The notes: generated from the letters alone by a model not told the origin. A stretch of DNA of 64,000 nt from Candidatus Latescibacterota bacterium (GCA_965208125.1 OZ242320.1:3744001-3808000), one strand, 5' to 3'; positions 54,858-64,000 are shown, counted from the stretch's first letter. Numbers and translations: made by a program.

Positions 54858-55907
54858 ATGGCACTGACTGCCACTACTTTGGAAGAGACCTATCAACAGA
54901 TGTCTGAACGATTAGAAGGCATTGTGCCCGATATCGAATTGCGCTACAAAGCCGAATTGGCCTACGAAATTAATAAGCTCAAAAAAGAACGCGGGGCCAT
55001 TATCCTCGGGCATAACTACATGGAGCCTGCACTTTATCACTCTGTGCCAGATGTCGTGGGTGATTCGCTCGAGTTATCGCGTAAAGCCGCAGAAACAGAC
55101 GCCGATCCCATTGTTTTTTGCGGCGTGCGCTTTATGGCCGAGACCGCAAAAATCCTCAATCCCGACAAAACCGTACTCTTGCCTGCGCGCGTTGCGGGCT
55201 GTTCACTGGCTGCGAGCATTACCGCAGAAGATGTTCGCAATCTGCGCGAACAATATCCAGGCGTTCCCGTTGTCACGTATATCAATACCTATGCCGATGT
55301 CAAAGCCGAGTGCGATATTTGCTGCACATCGGGCAATGCCCACAAGGTTGTTGAATCGCTTAATTCGGATACCATTATCTTTTTGCCCGACGAATACTTA
55401 GCCGCCAATGTAGCGCAAGAGACTGACAAACGCATTATTTTTCCCACAGTAACAGGATTTTCCGATCCCAAACCCGGTCTTGAATATGAAATGATCGGCT
55501 GGCATGGTCGGTGTGAAGTACACGAGCAATTTACGGTTCAGGATATTGAAAATGTGCGCGAGCAGTTTCCAGATGTCGTTGTTCTTTCCCACCCGGAATG
55601 CAGCCCGGAAGTGGTTGCTGCGTCCGATTTTTCGGGCAGTACCTCTCGCATGGTTGATTATGTGCGCGACATGGATGCCGAGCGCTATTTGCTGCTCACA
55701 GAATGTAGCATGGGCGACAATATCGCTGCGGAAAACCCGGATAAGGAAATGGTTGGTCTGTGCAGCATTCGCTGTCCACATATGAATGAAATTACACTTG
55801 AAGACACGCTCAATGCACTTGAGTTCAACGAGCAAATCATCGAAGTGCCCGAGGATATCCGCGTGCGAGCATTAAAGGCTGTGGAACGCATGCTGGAAAT
55901 TGTATGA
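54858..55907 (+). CDS. nadA: Quinolinate synthase
   Basis: 'HNY', 'GDSLELS', 'FCGVRFMAET', 'AGCSLA', 'YINT', 'C.VH', 'HPEC', 'CPHM'. Confidence 0.96.
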   Translation: MALTATTLEETYQQMSERLEGIVPDIELRYKAELAYEINKLKKERGAIILGHNYMEPALYHSVPDVVGDSLELSRKAAETDADPIVFCGVRFMAETAKILNPDKTVLLPARVAGCSLAASITAEDVRNLREQYPGVPVVTYINTYADVKAECDICCTSGNAHKVVESLNSDTIIFLPDEYLAANVAQETDKRIIFPTVTGFSDPKPGLEYEMIGWHGRCEVHEQFTVQDIENVREQFPDVVVLSHPECSPEVVAASDFSGSTSRMVDYVRDMDAERYLLLTECSMGDNIAAENPDKEMVGLCSIRCPHMNEITLEDTLNALEFNEQIIEVPEDIRVRALKAVERMLEIV

Positions 55908-55936
55908 CCGCTTAAAAAATACAGTTACGCGATACC

Positions 55937-55964
55937 AAAGGCCCGATACATTCCGGGCCTTTTT
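55937..55964 (+). terminator. Intrinsic terminator after nadA
   Basis: AAAGGCCCG-loop-CGGGCCTTTTT. Confidence 0.8.
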
Positions 55965-56009
55965 CGATATTGAACATTAGACCTGTGTGTTTTTGATCAA
56001 CGACTAATC

Positions 56010-57341
56010 TCACTCGCCATCGTAAATTTCTGTTTGAAACAGGTTATTTTGAAAATCGAGGTACTGCTCTTTTGTCATCTCTGGCTTGTAATTTGCAAGG
56101 ACGGCTTTTGCTTCTGCCGCGCGGTCGTGTAGTAGATCCACTGCCATCATAGCCAGTGATTTTGCCGGTTCCACATATCCCATCTCTTTATCGGAAATAT
56201 GCCACTCGACGCTGTGTCCGGGTCCTGTAGCACCCGACATATAGGGATGAATCGCGGGCATAATGCAGGATATATCGCCCATATCAGTTGAGCCGGTTCT
56301 GTGGCCAACTGTGCAAAACTCATCTTCTCCAAAACGCGCTCTGGCATTTTTTCCATAGAGTGCCTGCAAATCCGCATTGTTTTTTAATGGCATATATCCC
56401 GGTAGCGTTTCTATTTCTACTGTTGCGCCAAGTGCCATTGCGCCAGCTCGAAGTGCGCGATCTACTTTCATACTGGCATCGAGAATTGCTTCTGCCGTAC
56501 GCCCTCGAACATAAGTTTCCATGCAAACTTCATCGGGTATGACATTGACCAACTCTCCACCTTTGGTGATGATGGGATGCACCCGAACTGCATCGTGATC
56601 CTGGAATGTTTCACGCTGCGCATTGATGGCACTCAGAGCAACTTGAGCGGCATTCAGGGCATTGATGCCCCGGTGGGGCGCGCCTCCCGCGTGTGCGGCT
56701 TTGCCCACAAACCGAATCATCTTTGCCACAAATCCATTAGATGAGGCGGAAACCGCGGCTTTGGTCAATGATTCATCGCTATGTGTATGAATCATAACTG
56801 CCATATCGATATCGTCAAAATGCCCGTGCTTGATCAATTCGGGTTTGCCACCCAAAAAGCTCAGTTTCCCAGACTTTACCAGATTTAAACGATATTCAAC
56901 TTCTACAAATTCCTCTGCTGGCACGGCAAAAAAGACGATCCGGCCCGCCAAATCGTCAATTACGCGAGCATCTACCATGCCCATCATTGCTCCCATTAAT
57001 CCCGCGATCTGTGCATTGTGACCACAAGCATGTGCGGCGCCCGTATCGGGATTGGCATTGGGATGGCCAGAGACCACGAGCGAGTCGAGTTCGCCAATTA
57101 GTGCAATAGTTGGGCCAGGCTTGCTTCCCTGTAATACGCCCTTTACACCTGTAATCGCCAACTCGGTTTCACACGGCACGCCAAACTCATCCATTGTTTG
57201 CGATACCAGCTTTGCTGTCTCAAATTCCTTAAATCCCAATTCGGGATTCACCATAATGTGATCGCCAATGCGACAAATTTGATCTCGACGTCGATCAATG
57301 GCTTCACAAACGCGTTTCTTGAGTTCGGTTTTTGTAGACAT
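56010..57341 (-). CDS. Peptidase M20 family amidohydrolase
   Basis: 'PELGFKEF.T', 'ELD', 'HACGHN', 'PAEE', 'GK.AHAG..P..G.NAL.AA', 'GSTDMGD'. Confidence 0.9.
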   Translation of the reverse strand: MSTKTELKKRVCEAIDRRRDQICRIGDHIMVNPELGFKEFETAKLVSQTMDEFGVPCETELAITGVKGVLQGSKPGPTIALIGELDSLVVSGHPNANPDTGAAHACGHNAQIAGLMGAMMGMVDARVIDDLAGRIVFFAVPAEEFVEVEYRLNLVKSGKLSFLGGKPELIKHGHFDDIDMAVMIHTHSDESLTKAAVSASSNGFVAKMIRFVGKAAHAGGAPHRGINALNAAQVALSAINAQRETFQDHDAVRVHPIITKGGELVNVIPDEVCMETYVRGRTAEAILDASMKVDRALRAGAMALGATVEIETLPGYMPLKNNADLQALYGKNARARFGEDEFCTVGHRTGSTDMGDISCIMPAIHPYMSGATGPGHSVEWHISDKEMGYVEPAKSLAMMAVDLLHDRAAEAKAVLANYKPEMTKEQYLDFQNNLFQTEIYDGE

Positions 57342-57359
57342 GTTTCCTCCGTTTACTTC

Positions 57360-58403
57360 TCACCTGATTTTTAATAATAATATCAGCAAAAGAGGTGTTA
57401 CAATGGCTTGTAAGAGCGTAAATCTGACCAGCACCTGTGTATTAGACCAACCCCATTTTTGACGGACGTGATCGTGCAGGGGGTAACGCACCTGTTTGAA
57501 AATGCCGATTTTAAAAAAACGCAACAAAGCGACTTTCAGAAGGCCTGTTGCGCCATTGACCAGTACCACCCCGGCAACTACGATAATCAAAAACGGATTG
57601 CCACACGCCAGGACCAGCATACCGAGTAATAAGCCCAGAGGACGAGATCCGGCATCACCCATCAATACGGCACTTGGATTGGCATTGTGCCACAAATAGC
57701 CCACCAAACACCCGGTCATGACGAAAGCCATTACAGCCCAATTGGCTCCTTCGTTATAGTGTGGCACAAGCAGGTATTGAGCGATATCCCGATGTCCCAC
57801 AATGCCGTACAGTGCGCCACCTAAAAAAATAAATGCCAGCATGCACAAACTGCCCGATAGGCCATCTACGCCGTCTGTACAATTTGTGGCGTTAATAGTC
57901 ATCCACAACAGGCATGTAGCGATAGGGATATAAATCCAGGGTGGGACAATAACCGGTGTCTTAATGAGCGGCAGCCACACTTCAACCGATGCCATCTGGC
58001 ACACTACCATAGCACCCAAAATAGATATGACCAGATCGAATAAGCCCATGCGGTATTCACTCCACTCATAGCGGTCATCGAGAAACCCCACCAGCATCGC
58101 CAAAAACAAGCATCCCAATGCGGCCAGATAGCGCATTCCAAGCGGCACAAATAAAAATCCAACTACAATAAAAATGGAAATGAAAATAATACCAGCTCCT
58201 ACAGGCTTGCCCTTATTTTGGGCGGCGCCAACAGCATGAGCTCGCCCTTGATCGCGCGGTAACTGGTGCCACAATGTGGGCAAAATTCTCCAGGTTAATA
58301 CGCAGGCGAGCGCGGTACCTGCACCAGCTAAAAATAGATGAGAAGTAAAGAGGCGAAATGGCCCATAGACATCCAAAAGTTGCTCCCCCAGCCAGTAGAG
58401 CAC
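57360..58403 (-). CDS. mraY: Phospho-N-acetylmuramoyl-pentapeptide transferase-like (stand-alone)
   Basis: 'KGKP.GAG', 'GFLDD', 'NATNCTDGVDGL', 'MGDAGS', 'PLHDH...GWS..QV..RF'. Confidence 0.82.
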   Translation of the reverse strand: MLYWLGEQLLDVYGPFRLFTSHLFLAGAGTALACVLTWRILPTLWHQLPRDQGRAHAVGAAQNKGKPVGAGIIFISIFIVVGFLFVPLGMRYLAALGCLFLAMLVGFLDDRYEWSEYRMGLFDLVISILGAMVVCQMASVEVWLPLIKTPVIVPPWIYIPIATCLLWMTINATNCTDGVDGLSGSLCMLAFIFLGGALYGIVGHRDIAQYLLVPHYNEGANWAVMAFVMTGCLVGYLWHNANPSAVLMGDAGSRPLGLLLGMLVLACGNPFLIIVVAGVVLVNGATGLLKVALLRFFKIGIFKQVRYPLHDHVRQKWGWSNTQVLVRFTLLQAIVTPLLLILLLKIR

Positions 58404-58541
58404 AGTGCAATCTCCCGTGTGATATGATTTGAAAAATGAAACAAATCACTCCAATGTAAGGTCTCTATGATTAAAGGGCAAGTCTGAACTCGCTGTCAAT
58501 CCTTTTACGGGTGGTTGTTTACTTATTTTTAAAGAAAATCC

Positions 58542-58570
58542 TTGACGCGAAAATAGAGACTTTCTATTTT
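58542..58570 (+). promoter_or_regulatory. Sigma70-type promoter of his leader, overlapped by an inverted repeat
   Basis: TTGACG-N17-TATTTT; AAAATAGA-GACTT-TCTATTTT palindrome 58550-58570. Confidence 0.65.
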
Positions 58571-58579
58571 GTACCTATT

Positions 58580-58729
58580 ATGAACGCACTGATCAACAAC
58601 CCGGTTATTTTTTCAAATCCAAACACAGTTTTGGCCGGGGATGCGTTTGCCCACACCGCCCATCATCACACGCATCAGGCTACGTCTGCGACCTTTTGCA
58701 AGATGCGCTCGGCGGTGGATATGTCATAA
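58580..58729 (+). CDS. hisL: Histidine attenuator leader peptide (49 aa, HTAHHHTH)
   Basis: 5 His codons within 8 codons (58652-58675), directly upstream of terminator and hisI. Confidence 0.78.
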   Translation: MNALINNPVIFSNPNTVLAGDAFAHTAHHHTHQATSATFCKMRSAVDMS

Positions 58730-58751
58730 CAGTTTGTCCAGTGAAATAAAT

Positions 58752-58786
58752 AAGCCCGCTGTCGAGAGACAGGGGGCTTTTTTTTT
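58752..58786 (+). terminator. Attenuator terminator upstream of hisI
   Basis: AAGCCCGCTGTC-GAGA-GACAGGGGGCTT followed by T-run, ending 13 nt before hisI ATG. Confidence 0.85.
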
Positions 58787-58799
58787 ACGGAGAGTTAAA

Positions 58800-59228
58800 A
58801 TGGCTATTGATTATGCACTCGAAGAAAGCACAGAACTTCATCTCGATTTTGAAAAGCTTCGAAAAGTTGCACAGACCGATCATCTCGTCATTCCCGTTGC
58901 TGTGCAGGATGTGGATAGCAAAGCCGTTCTCTTGATCGGCTATGTCAATGAACAGGCGCTTGATTATGCGCTTGAACACCGCGTGGCGACTTTTTGGAGT
59001 ACTTCGCGCAATGAACTCTGGATTAAAGGGGCTACGTCTGGCGATATGCTCGAACTGGTCGATGTGCGCATTAACTGCGAGCAAAATTCATTGCTCTATC
59101 TCGTGCACCTCAAAGGCGATGGATCGTGTCATACAAAAGAAAATGGTCGGGCGCGGTACGGCTGTTATTACCGCAGTATCGATAATGGAAAATTGATATT
59201 TGTAAATCCTAAAACCATACCAGAGTGA
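58800..59228 (+). CDS. hisI: Phosphoribosyl-AMP cyclohydrolase
   Basis: 'IPVAVQD', 'FWSTSRNELW.KG.TSG', 'NCEQNSLL', 'CHT......CYYR'; ATG 58800 after GGAG. Confidence 0.92.
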   Translation: MAIDYALEESTELHLDFEKLRKVAQTDHLVIPVAVQDVDSKAVLLIGYVNEQALDYALEHRVATFWSTSRNELWIKGATSGDMLELVDVRINCEQNSLLYLVHLKGDGSCHTKENGRARYGCYYRSIDNGKLIFVNPKTIPE

Positions 59229-59234
59229 TGAGTT

Positions 59235-59735
59235 ATGTCATCAAAAATCGTTACCCGAATCCGGTCAGATCAATGGCAGATTCTCAAAAACGTGCGTCTG
59301 CGCGCGCTTGAAGAAGCGCCTTATGCTTTTGGTACAACGCTGGCAGGAGGAAAGAAAAGAACTGACAGAGACTGGCAGGATATGGCGAGAGACCATGCTA
59401 CTCTGTCGGATCGCGCATATTTCATGGCTTATGTGGGGGATAATCCCTGTGGAATGGCGGGGTGTTATCGCACCACATCAGATACAGTAGTGCTCACAGC
59501 GATGTGGGTCGCACCCGAATTTCGGGGACAAAAGATCGGTGGGCAGATTGTGCGTGCCGTCATAGAATGGGCACGAGAGGGTGGGGCCACCACGCTTGAA
59601 GCCTGGGTCAGCGAAGATAATCCAGCGCGTTTTTTTTATCAAAAAATCGGATTTGAAGAGACCTGTTTAACCGAACCGCTTCGCTCAGATTCCAAAATTC
59701 AGATCATTTTGATCAGGCGCAATATTGTACCCTGA
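59235..59735 (+). CDS. GNAT family N-acetyltransferase
   Basis: 'RL.AL...P.AF', 'MWVAPEFRGQKIG', 'N.ARFFYQKIGF'. Confidence 0.92.
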   Translation: MSSKIVTRIRSDQWQILKNVRLRALEEAPYAFGTTLAGGKKRTDRDWQDMARDHATLSDRAYFMAYVGDNPCGMAGCYRTTSDTVVLTAMWVAPEFRGQKIGGQIVRAVIEWAREGGATTLEAWVSEDNPARFFYQKIGFEETCLTEPLRSDSKIQIILIRRNIVP

Positions 59736-59853
59736 AATCCGGGTTGATTCGCAATCTTCTCAATACTATATTGCCCACATGATACATGGTGTACAAATGC
59801 GGCAGCAATTCATTCGGGCAAATCAGGGCACCCGACGACAGGAGGGAGAAAAC

Positions 59854-60828
59854 GTGGGTTACGATCTCAAAGTTTTTTCGGGCAATACCAATCGGCCATT
59901 GGCGGAAGATATCTGCAATATTCTCGACACGCGGCTTGCCGAAGCCACTGTGAGCCGTTTTTCCGGCGGTGAAACACATGTGCAAATTGATGAAAACGTG
60001 CGTGGGTGCGATGTTTTTATTGTTCAACCTCTTTGTGCAAATGAAGAAGAAGGCATTTCGCCTAATGATGCTTTGATGGAACTTCTCATCTTGATTGATG
60101 CTGCGCGACGCGCCTCTGCCCGACGCATTACAGCGGTTGTGCCCTATTATGGCTATGCGCGGCAGGATCGCAAAGACCGTCCCCGCGTGCCCATCACAGC
60201 CAAACTGGTCGCCAATATGATTTATACAGCGGGAGCGCGGCGGGTTTTAACTCTGGACCTGCACGCCAATCAGATCCAGGGTTTCTTCGACATACCGGTT
60301 GACCATCTCTACTCCATTAATATTTTAGGCGAATACTTCAAAATGAAAAATCTCAAAAATCTCGTTGTTATAGCACCCGATGTCGGAGGCATAAAAATGG
60401 CGCGCGCTTATGCCGAACTGCTCGGTGCGCCGTTGGCTATTGTAGATAAACGCCGCTGGAGTGGTCAAAAAACCGAAGTTCTTAACGTCATTGGCGAAGT
60501 GAAAGACAAAAATATCGTCATTGTTGACGATATTATCTCTACGGGTAGTTCCCTCATTGAAGCAGCCTCTGCCTTAAAAGAAAAAGGCGCACGCGATATA
60601 TGCGCTACCATTGTCCATCCGGTGTTGGCAGATCCCGCCGTTGAGCGCGTGCAAGATTCCGTTCTTACAGAGCTTGTCGTTTCCAATTCCATTCCCGTGC
60701 CCAAACGCGCCCAAAATGGCAAAATCAAAATTCTATCAGTTGCCCCTATTCTCGCCGAATCTATCCGCCGCATTAATAACGATGAATCCGTCAGTAATCT
60801 CTTTGCCAATGCAAAGGTTGAAGGGTGA
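59854..60828 (+). CDS. prs: Ribose-phosphate pyrophosphokinase
   Basis: 'PYYGYARQDRK', 'DLHA.QIQGFF', 'PD.GG', 'VDDIISTG.S'; GTG start after GGAGG. Confidence 0.96.
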   Translation: MGYDLKVFSGNTNRPLAEDICNILDTRLAEATVSRFSGGETHVQIDENVRGCDVFIVQPLCANEEEGISPNDALMELLILIDAARRASARRITAVVPYYGYARQDRKDRPRVPITAKLVANMIYTAGARRVLTLDLHANQIQGFFDIPVDHLYSINILGEYFKMKNLKNLVVIAPDVGGIKMARAYAELLGAPLAIVDKRRWSGQKTEVLNVIGEVKDKNIVIVDDIISTGSSLIEAASALKEKGARDICATIVHPVLADPAVERVQDSVLTELVVSNSIPVPKRAQNGKIKILSVAPILAESIRRINNDESVSNLFANAKVEG

Positions 60829-60865
60829 TATACGCGAGATGTGAAAGGGTTTGATTTATAAAAAT

Positions 60866-60897
60866 AAAAACCGACCTGATGATGAGGTCGGTTTTTT
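60866..60897. terminator. Bidirectional intrinsic terminator
   Basis: AAAAACCGACCT-loop-AGGTCGGTTTTTT. Confidence 0.85.
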
Positions 60898-60940
60898 GAT
60901 TTTTCACATCGTTATAGGCGTACACTAAAAATGGTGGGAC

Positions 60941-61477
60941 TCATGGTTTGCCCAGGTTAAAACCAATCCCCACGGCTGTGCGCAGGGCACTTGCATCTTC
61001 TTCCTCGCCAATGACCCAACGAATCTCAAATAAAATCTCCATTCTGCGGTTCAACAATTGTTTTTCCATGCCGACCATAATAAAGTGAAGCGCGACCTGA
61101 TATTCATTTTGAAATTCGTTGATGATCAGCCTTTCGCGCCGCACCCGGTTCACGCCCAATCCACCGCCCATATACGCATATGCGGTTCCCGATTTATGCG
61201 GCCACAAGTACTTTAGAAAAGCTCCACCGCCCCTCGCCTGAATCTCTGTGCCGTCGAGATCGGATCCGCTTCCCGTCTCAGCTCCTACCTCGAGGCGCAG
61301 ATTGGGCGAAAATACAGTTGCAATATCTGCTTGAAGTACAAAGAAATGCCGCGTGTCGTTTGCCTGTACAACGTCTAAACCAACCTTGGTAGCCAGATTG
61401 TAGAGCTTAAAACCGGCCTGAGCACTTGTTGTAAAAAAAATTAAAACTAAAAGTCCGACACCAGCAAAAACCCTCAT
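60941..61477 (-). CDS. Small outer-membrane beta-barrel protein
   Basis: Signal peptide ending AQA; 'AYMGGGLG'; C-terminal 'VGIGFNL'. Confidence 0.65.
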   Translation of the reverse strand: MRVFAGVGLLVLIFFTTSAQAGFKLYNLATKVGLDVVQANDTRHFFVLQADIATVFSPNLRLEVGAETGSGSDLDGTEIQARGGGAFLKYLWPHKSGTAYAYMGGGLGVNRVRRERLIINEFQNEYQVALHFIMVGMEKQLLNRRMEILFEIRWVIGEEEDASALRTAVGIGFNLGKP

Positions 61478-61495
61478 AATAATCTCCTCACAGCA

Positions 61496-61807
61496 CTACG
61501 ACGCCAGTGCTAATTGTTTGAGATAAGAATAGGTATAAATTCCCGTATCGTGTCCATCTGTCCACCGAATTTGGATGGCATAATTTCCGACTGGAATGAC
61601 ATCCGACAGATCTACTGATGGCGCTTGATCCGCAGTAATCATCTGCAATTGCTCGTCTTGCTTTGCCCGCAGGTCCCCACACAATGCACACGGACAGGCT
61701 TTTCGCACATCGGATAATCTCACGCGCAAAACCCCATCGTCTGCCCAATCCATTTCGAGCCATCCCTCTGCGCGGTCAATGCGAATACGTCTGGGTTTTT
61801 CCGCCAC
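61496..61807 (-). CDS. DUF971 / GBBH-like N-terminal domain protein
   Basis: 'R..CPCA.C', 'VGNYAI.I.W.DGHDTGIY....L'. Confidence 0.9.
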   Translation of the reverse strand: MAEKPRRIRIDRAEGWLEMDWADDGVLRVRLSDVRKACPCALCGDLRAKQDEQLQMITADQAPSVDLSDVIPVGNYAIQIRWTDGHDTGIYTYSYLKQLALAS

Positions 61808-61817
61808 GATCCGCCCC

Positions 61818-62510
61818 CTAACGCATCAACCGATGCCTCAATCCCAATTCCTGAAGCAAAATACCATACTGCTCGCGTAGATCGTTTTGCAGGGCAAAAG
61901 CGCGGTTATAGGCGATGGTCGCATCTTGAAAAAAACCCTGAGCAGTCAGAGCACGACCCATTAAAATATAATTGAGCGCGTAATGAGGCATGCGTTCTGT
62001 GGTCTCACTGGCCATGTCAAGTGCTTGCTCTAATCGTCCCGTTTTCAGATAAATCCAGCCCAAACCCTGATAGGCTGCGATGATATCGGGGTTCAGGACA
62101 AGCCCCTGCTGGTAATATTGCTCCGATAGAGTCATATCCCCTATTTGATGATATAAATATCCAAGCGTGACCAAAGCGCTCGCGTCAGTCGAATCGTGGG
62201 TGGCTAACTGCTGGCAGGCGTCAATCGCGCGATCGAAATCTTTCATTCGCAAATAAGACGATATGAGAAGGCGCAATGCTTGTGTTTGTACAGGGTTTTG
62301 TTCTAAAATATCGCGCAACGCGACAGCAGCAGCACCGGGATTGCCAGCTTCCAGCGAATCGACAACACTTTTCAATGCGGGGTCGAGAATTACAGCTATC
62401 GAATCATCCGACACCACGACCATCGGATCACTGCTTTCGAACATCTCTTGAGCATTGGAAATCTTTGCACTCAAAAACACGACGACGATTATTCCCAGTC
62501 GCAATATCAT
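61818..62510 (-). CDS. Exported tetratricopeptide repeat protein
   Basis: Signal peptide, repeated 'A...LG..Y...G....A' helices. Confidence 0.85.
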   Translation of the reverse strand: MILRLGIIVVVFLSAKISNAQEMFESSDPMVVVSDDSIAVILDPALKSVVDSLEAGNPGAAAVALRDILEQNPVQTQALRLLISSYLRMKDFDRAIDACQQLATHDSTDASALVTLGYLYHQIGDMTLSEQYYQQGLVLNPDIIAAYQGLGWIYLKTGRLEQALDMASETTERMPHYALNYILMGRALTAQGFFQDATIAYNRAFALQNDLREQYGILLQELGLRHRLMR

Positions 62511-62968
62511 ATACTTTCCTGAAAATATTAGAAAATCGCGCAACGCTTTAGATATGCCAACTCAGCAGGGTCGGGAAAAGGATTTCCCTCCTACTATACA
62601 CCTGTTGGAGCGGCATCCTTGCCGCGATCGATTATCCTCTATAGATACGAGGGACGTCCAGTGTAGGGCCATTGTACTGATGACTTTGGCAAATTCAGTC
62701 GAGTCGTCGCAGTTGTATCCCACACAAAGGGATCGACTATGGGGTACTCAGTAGAGGTATGTGGCAAAATATTGTTTGTGCGATATAAGCGTAGGCTTTG
62801 GCGTATAGAAAGGCCCGGCTCGTAAATTTCAATGGCCGGGCGATTGCACCACATCACAAGAACAAGGTCCGGATCAATCTCTATTCGCTGACAAATCAAT
62901 TTGAGTATCAGATAAGCACCCGCCATAAATTTGGTCATAAAATCCTTTTCTTTTTTTAGCTTTGATCA

Positions 62969-63796
62969 CTAACCGCTCTTGCTGCCAAACGCGGCGACAA
63001 AGAGGAGAAAATCTGAAAATTCAACCGCGCCGTTTCCATCCAGGTCCATACGGGCATCAAAACCGTCATCAGATGAAGACTTGCCAAACTGCGCGACAAA
63101 GAGGAGAAAGTCTGGAAATTCAACCGCGCCGTTTCCGTCAAAATCACCAGTTAGCGTAGGCGGTGGTACTGGTGGCCCTGTATCCTTCATTTTCGCGAAA
63201 GTGATCACTATTCTGACTGGATCATCTGGCGGAGCGAACTGAGAAAGCACGCTTAGTGCGATGGGTCTTATACCTTCGGATAATGACGCCAACAATTCTT
63301 CTAACTGAAGCGGGCGTATGATCTGCAGTGAATCCGCCGTCGCCGTGTACGTATAATTGAGTGGGTCTTCATTTTCGCGCGTTATGGTGAGTGCATGGGT
63401 ATCGGACGTGACCGTATAATTTCCCTCGTATCGGCTTGTATCGTGTACAGCGACTACAACCGGAATAGTCAATAGCTCCGCAGAGATATTGGTCACTGTC
63501 TTGTAGTCAGATTGAACACTGCCATCTGAACCAAAAGTCAGTGTGCCGTTGATCTCGCCTTCAACTGTAAGAGGCTTTACTGCTTCCACGAGCGCGGCCG
63601 GGACATAAGCGTTCAACTCGACCTTTTCAGCTACCCAGGATCCGACGATGTCGCCACCTTGAGGACTGGGGGTTTCTGGTATCAATCCCGCGCCTGCCTG
63701 TCCAAATGCTATGAACGCCGTCATAATTAGAACGCAGTTTTTCAATACTTTAAACTGCCATTTTTTGACCACGACGCCAAAATTTGATCCGTTCAT
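62969..63796 (-). CDS. Secreted protein with C-terminal dockerin/EF-hand-like duplicated Ca-binding motif
   Basis: Pro-rich linker 'GPPVPPP' then 'GDFDGNGAVEFPDFLLFVAQFG' and 'DLDGNGAVEFSDFLLFVAAFG'. Confidence 0.8.
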   Translation of the reverse strand: MNGSNFGVVVKKWQFKVLKNCVLIMTAFIAFGQAGAGLIPETPSPQGGDIVGSWVAEKVELNAYVPAALVEAVKPLTVEGEINGTLTFGSDGSVQSDYKTVTNISAELLTIPVVVAVHDTSRYEGNYTVTSDTHALTITRENEDPLNYTYTATADSLQIIRPLQLEELLASLSEGIRPIALSVLSQFAPPDDPVRIVITFAKMKDTGPPVPPPTLTGDFDGNGAVEFPDFLLFVAQFGKSSSDDGFDARMDLDGNGAVEFSDFLLFVAAFGSKSG

Positions 63797-63957
63797 ATCC
63801 CTCCTCCAGTGTTTATTCGATTCTTCTACAACACACGATCACTTTTCAATTTACGCAATTCGCGTGTCCTCTGCAATACTTAACTCATGTTGTTAAATTT
63901 TTCATTGCGTGCTATTTTGAAGTATTCTGTAAAATGATACTTGAGAAAGGAGCACAT

Positions 63958-64000
63958 ATGCAATATCGAGTTCTCGTCGATGTCGATCTCCCCGATGAAA
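63958..64000 (+). CDS. 5' end of a CDS running off the window (MQYRVLVDVDLPDE...)
   Basis: AAAGGAG RBS then ATG, open to window end. Confidence 0.55.
   Translation, partial: MQYRVLVDVDLPDE

Noticed and set aside
58641-58799. N-terminal extension of HisI given by the ORF track
   Set aside because: Crosses the leader peptide and terminator; the real start is ATG 58800 with GGAG RBS

Overview
Gene-dense 64 kb bacterial chromosomal segment of moderate GC, with about 50 CDS and no rRNA, tRNA, CRISPR array, integrase or transposase that I can see. The content is dominated by catabolic enzymes: four Cys-type sulfatases, TauD and PhyH dioxygenases, two enolase-superfamily and two DapA-like enzymes, and several amidohydrolases. 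Together with a secreted protein carrying a C-terminal 'DFDGNGAVEF.DFLLFV..FG' dockerin/EF-hand-like repeat, this suggests a Latescibacterota/Gemmatimonadota-like heterotroph (inference). Housekeeping genes are purM, nadA, hisI, prs, manC, a stand-alone mraY and trmY. Signals the ORF track misses: (1) a probable selenoprotein peroxiredoxin-like gene (39021-39614) with in-frame TGA in a W-U-x-x-S motif, a SECIS-like hairpin and an internal 30-aa duplication; (2) a probable histidine attenuator before hisI, with a His-rich leader peptide and mutually exclusive 1:2, 2:3 and 3:4 stems; (3) a tandemly duplicated promoter plus MpaB/Lcp-like heme oxygenase unit heading an MMPL + LolA-like + beta-barrel lipid-transport operon; (4) a collapsed 20-codon relic of the DapA-like gene, apparently made by microhomology deletion; (5) three mosaic tandem metallophosphoesterases; (6) a sigma54 promoter with candidate enhancer sites; (7) 30-bp hairpin direct repeats bracketing a three-gene block.
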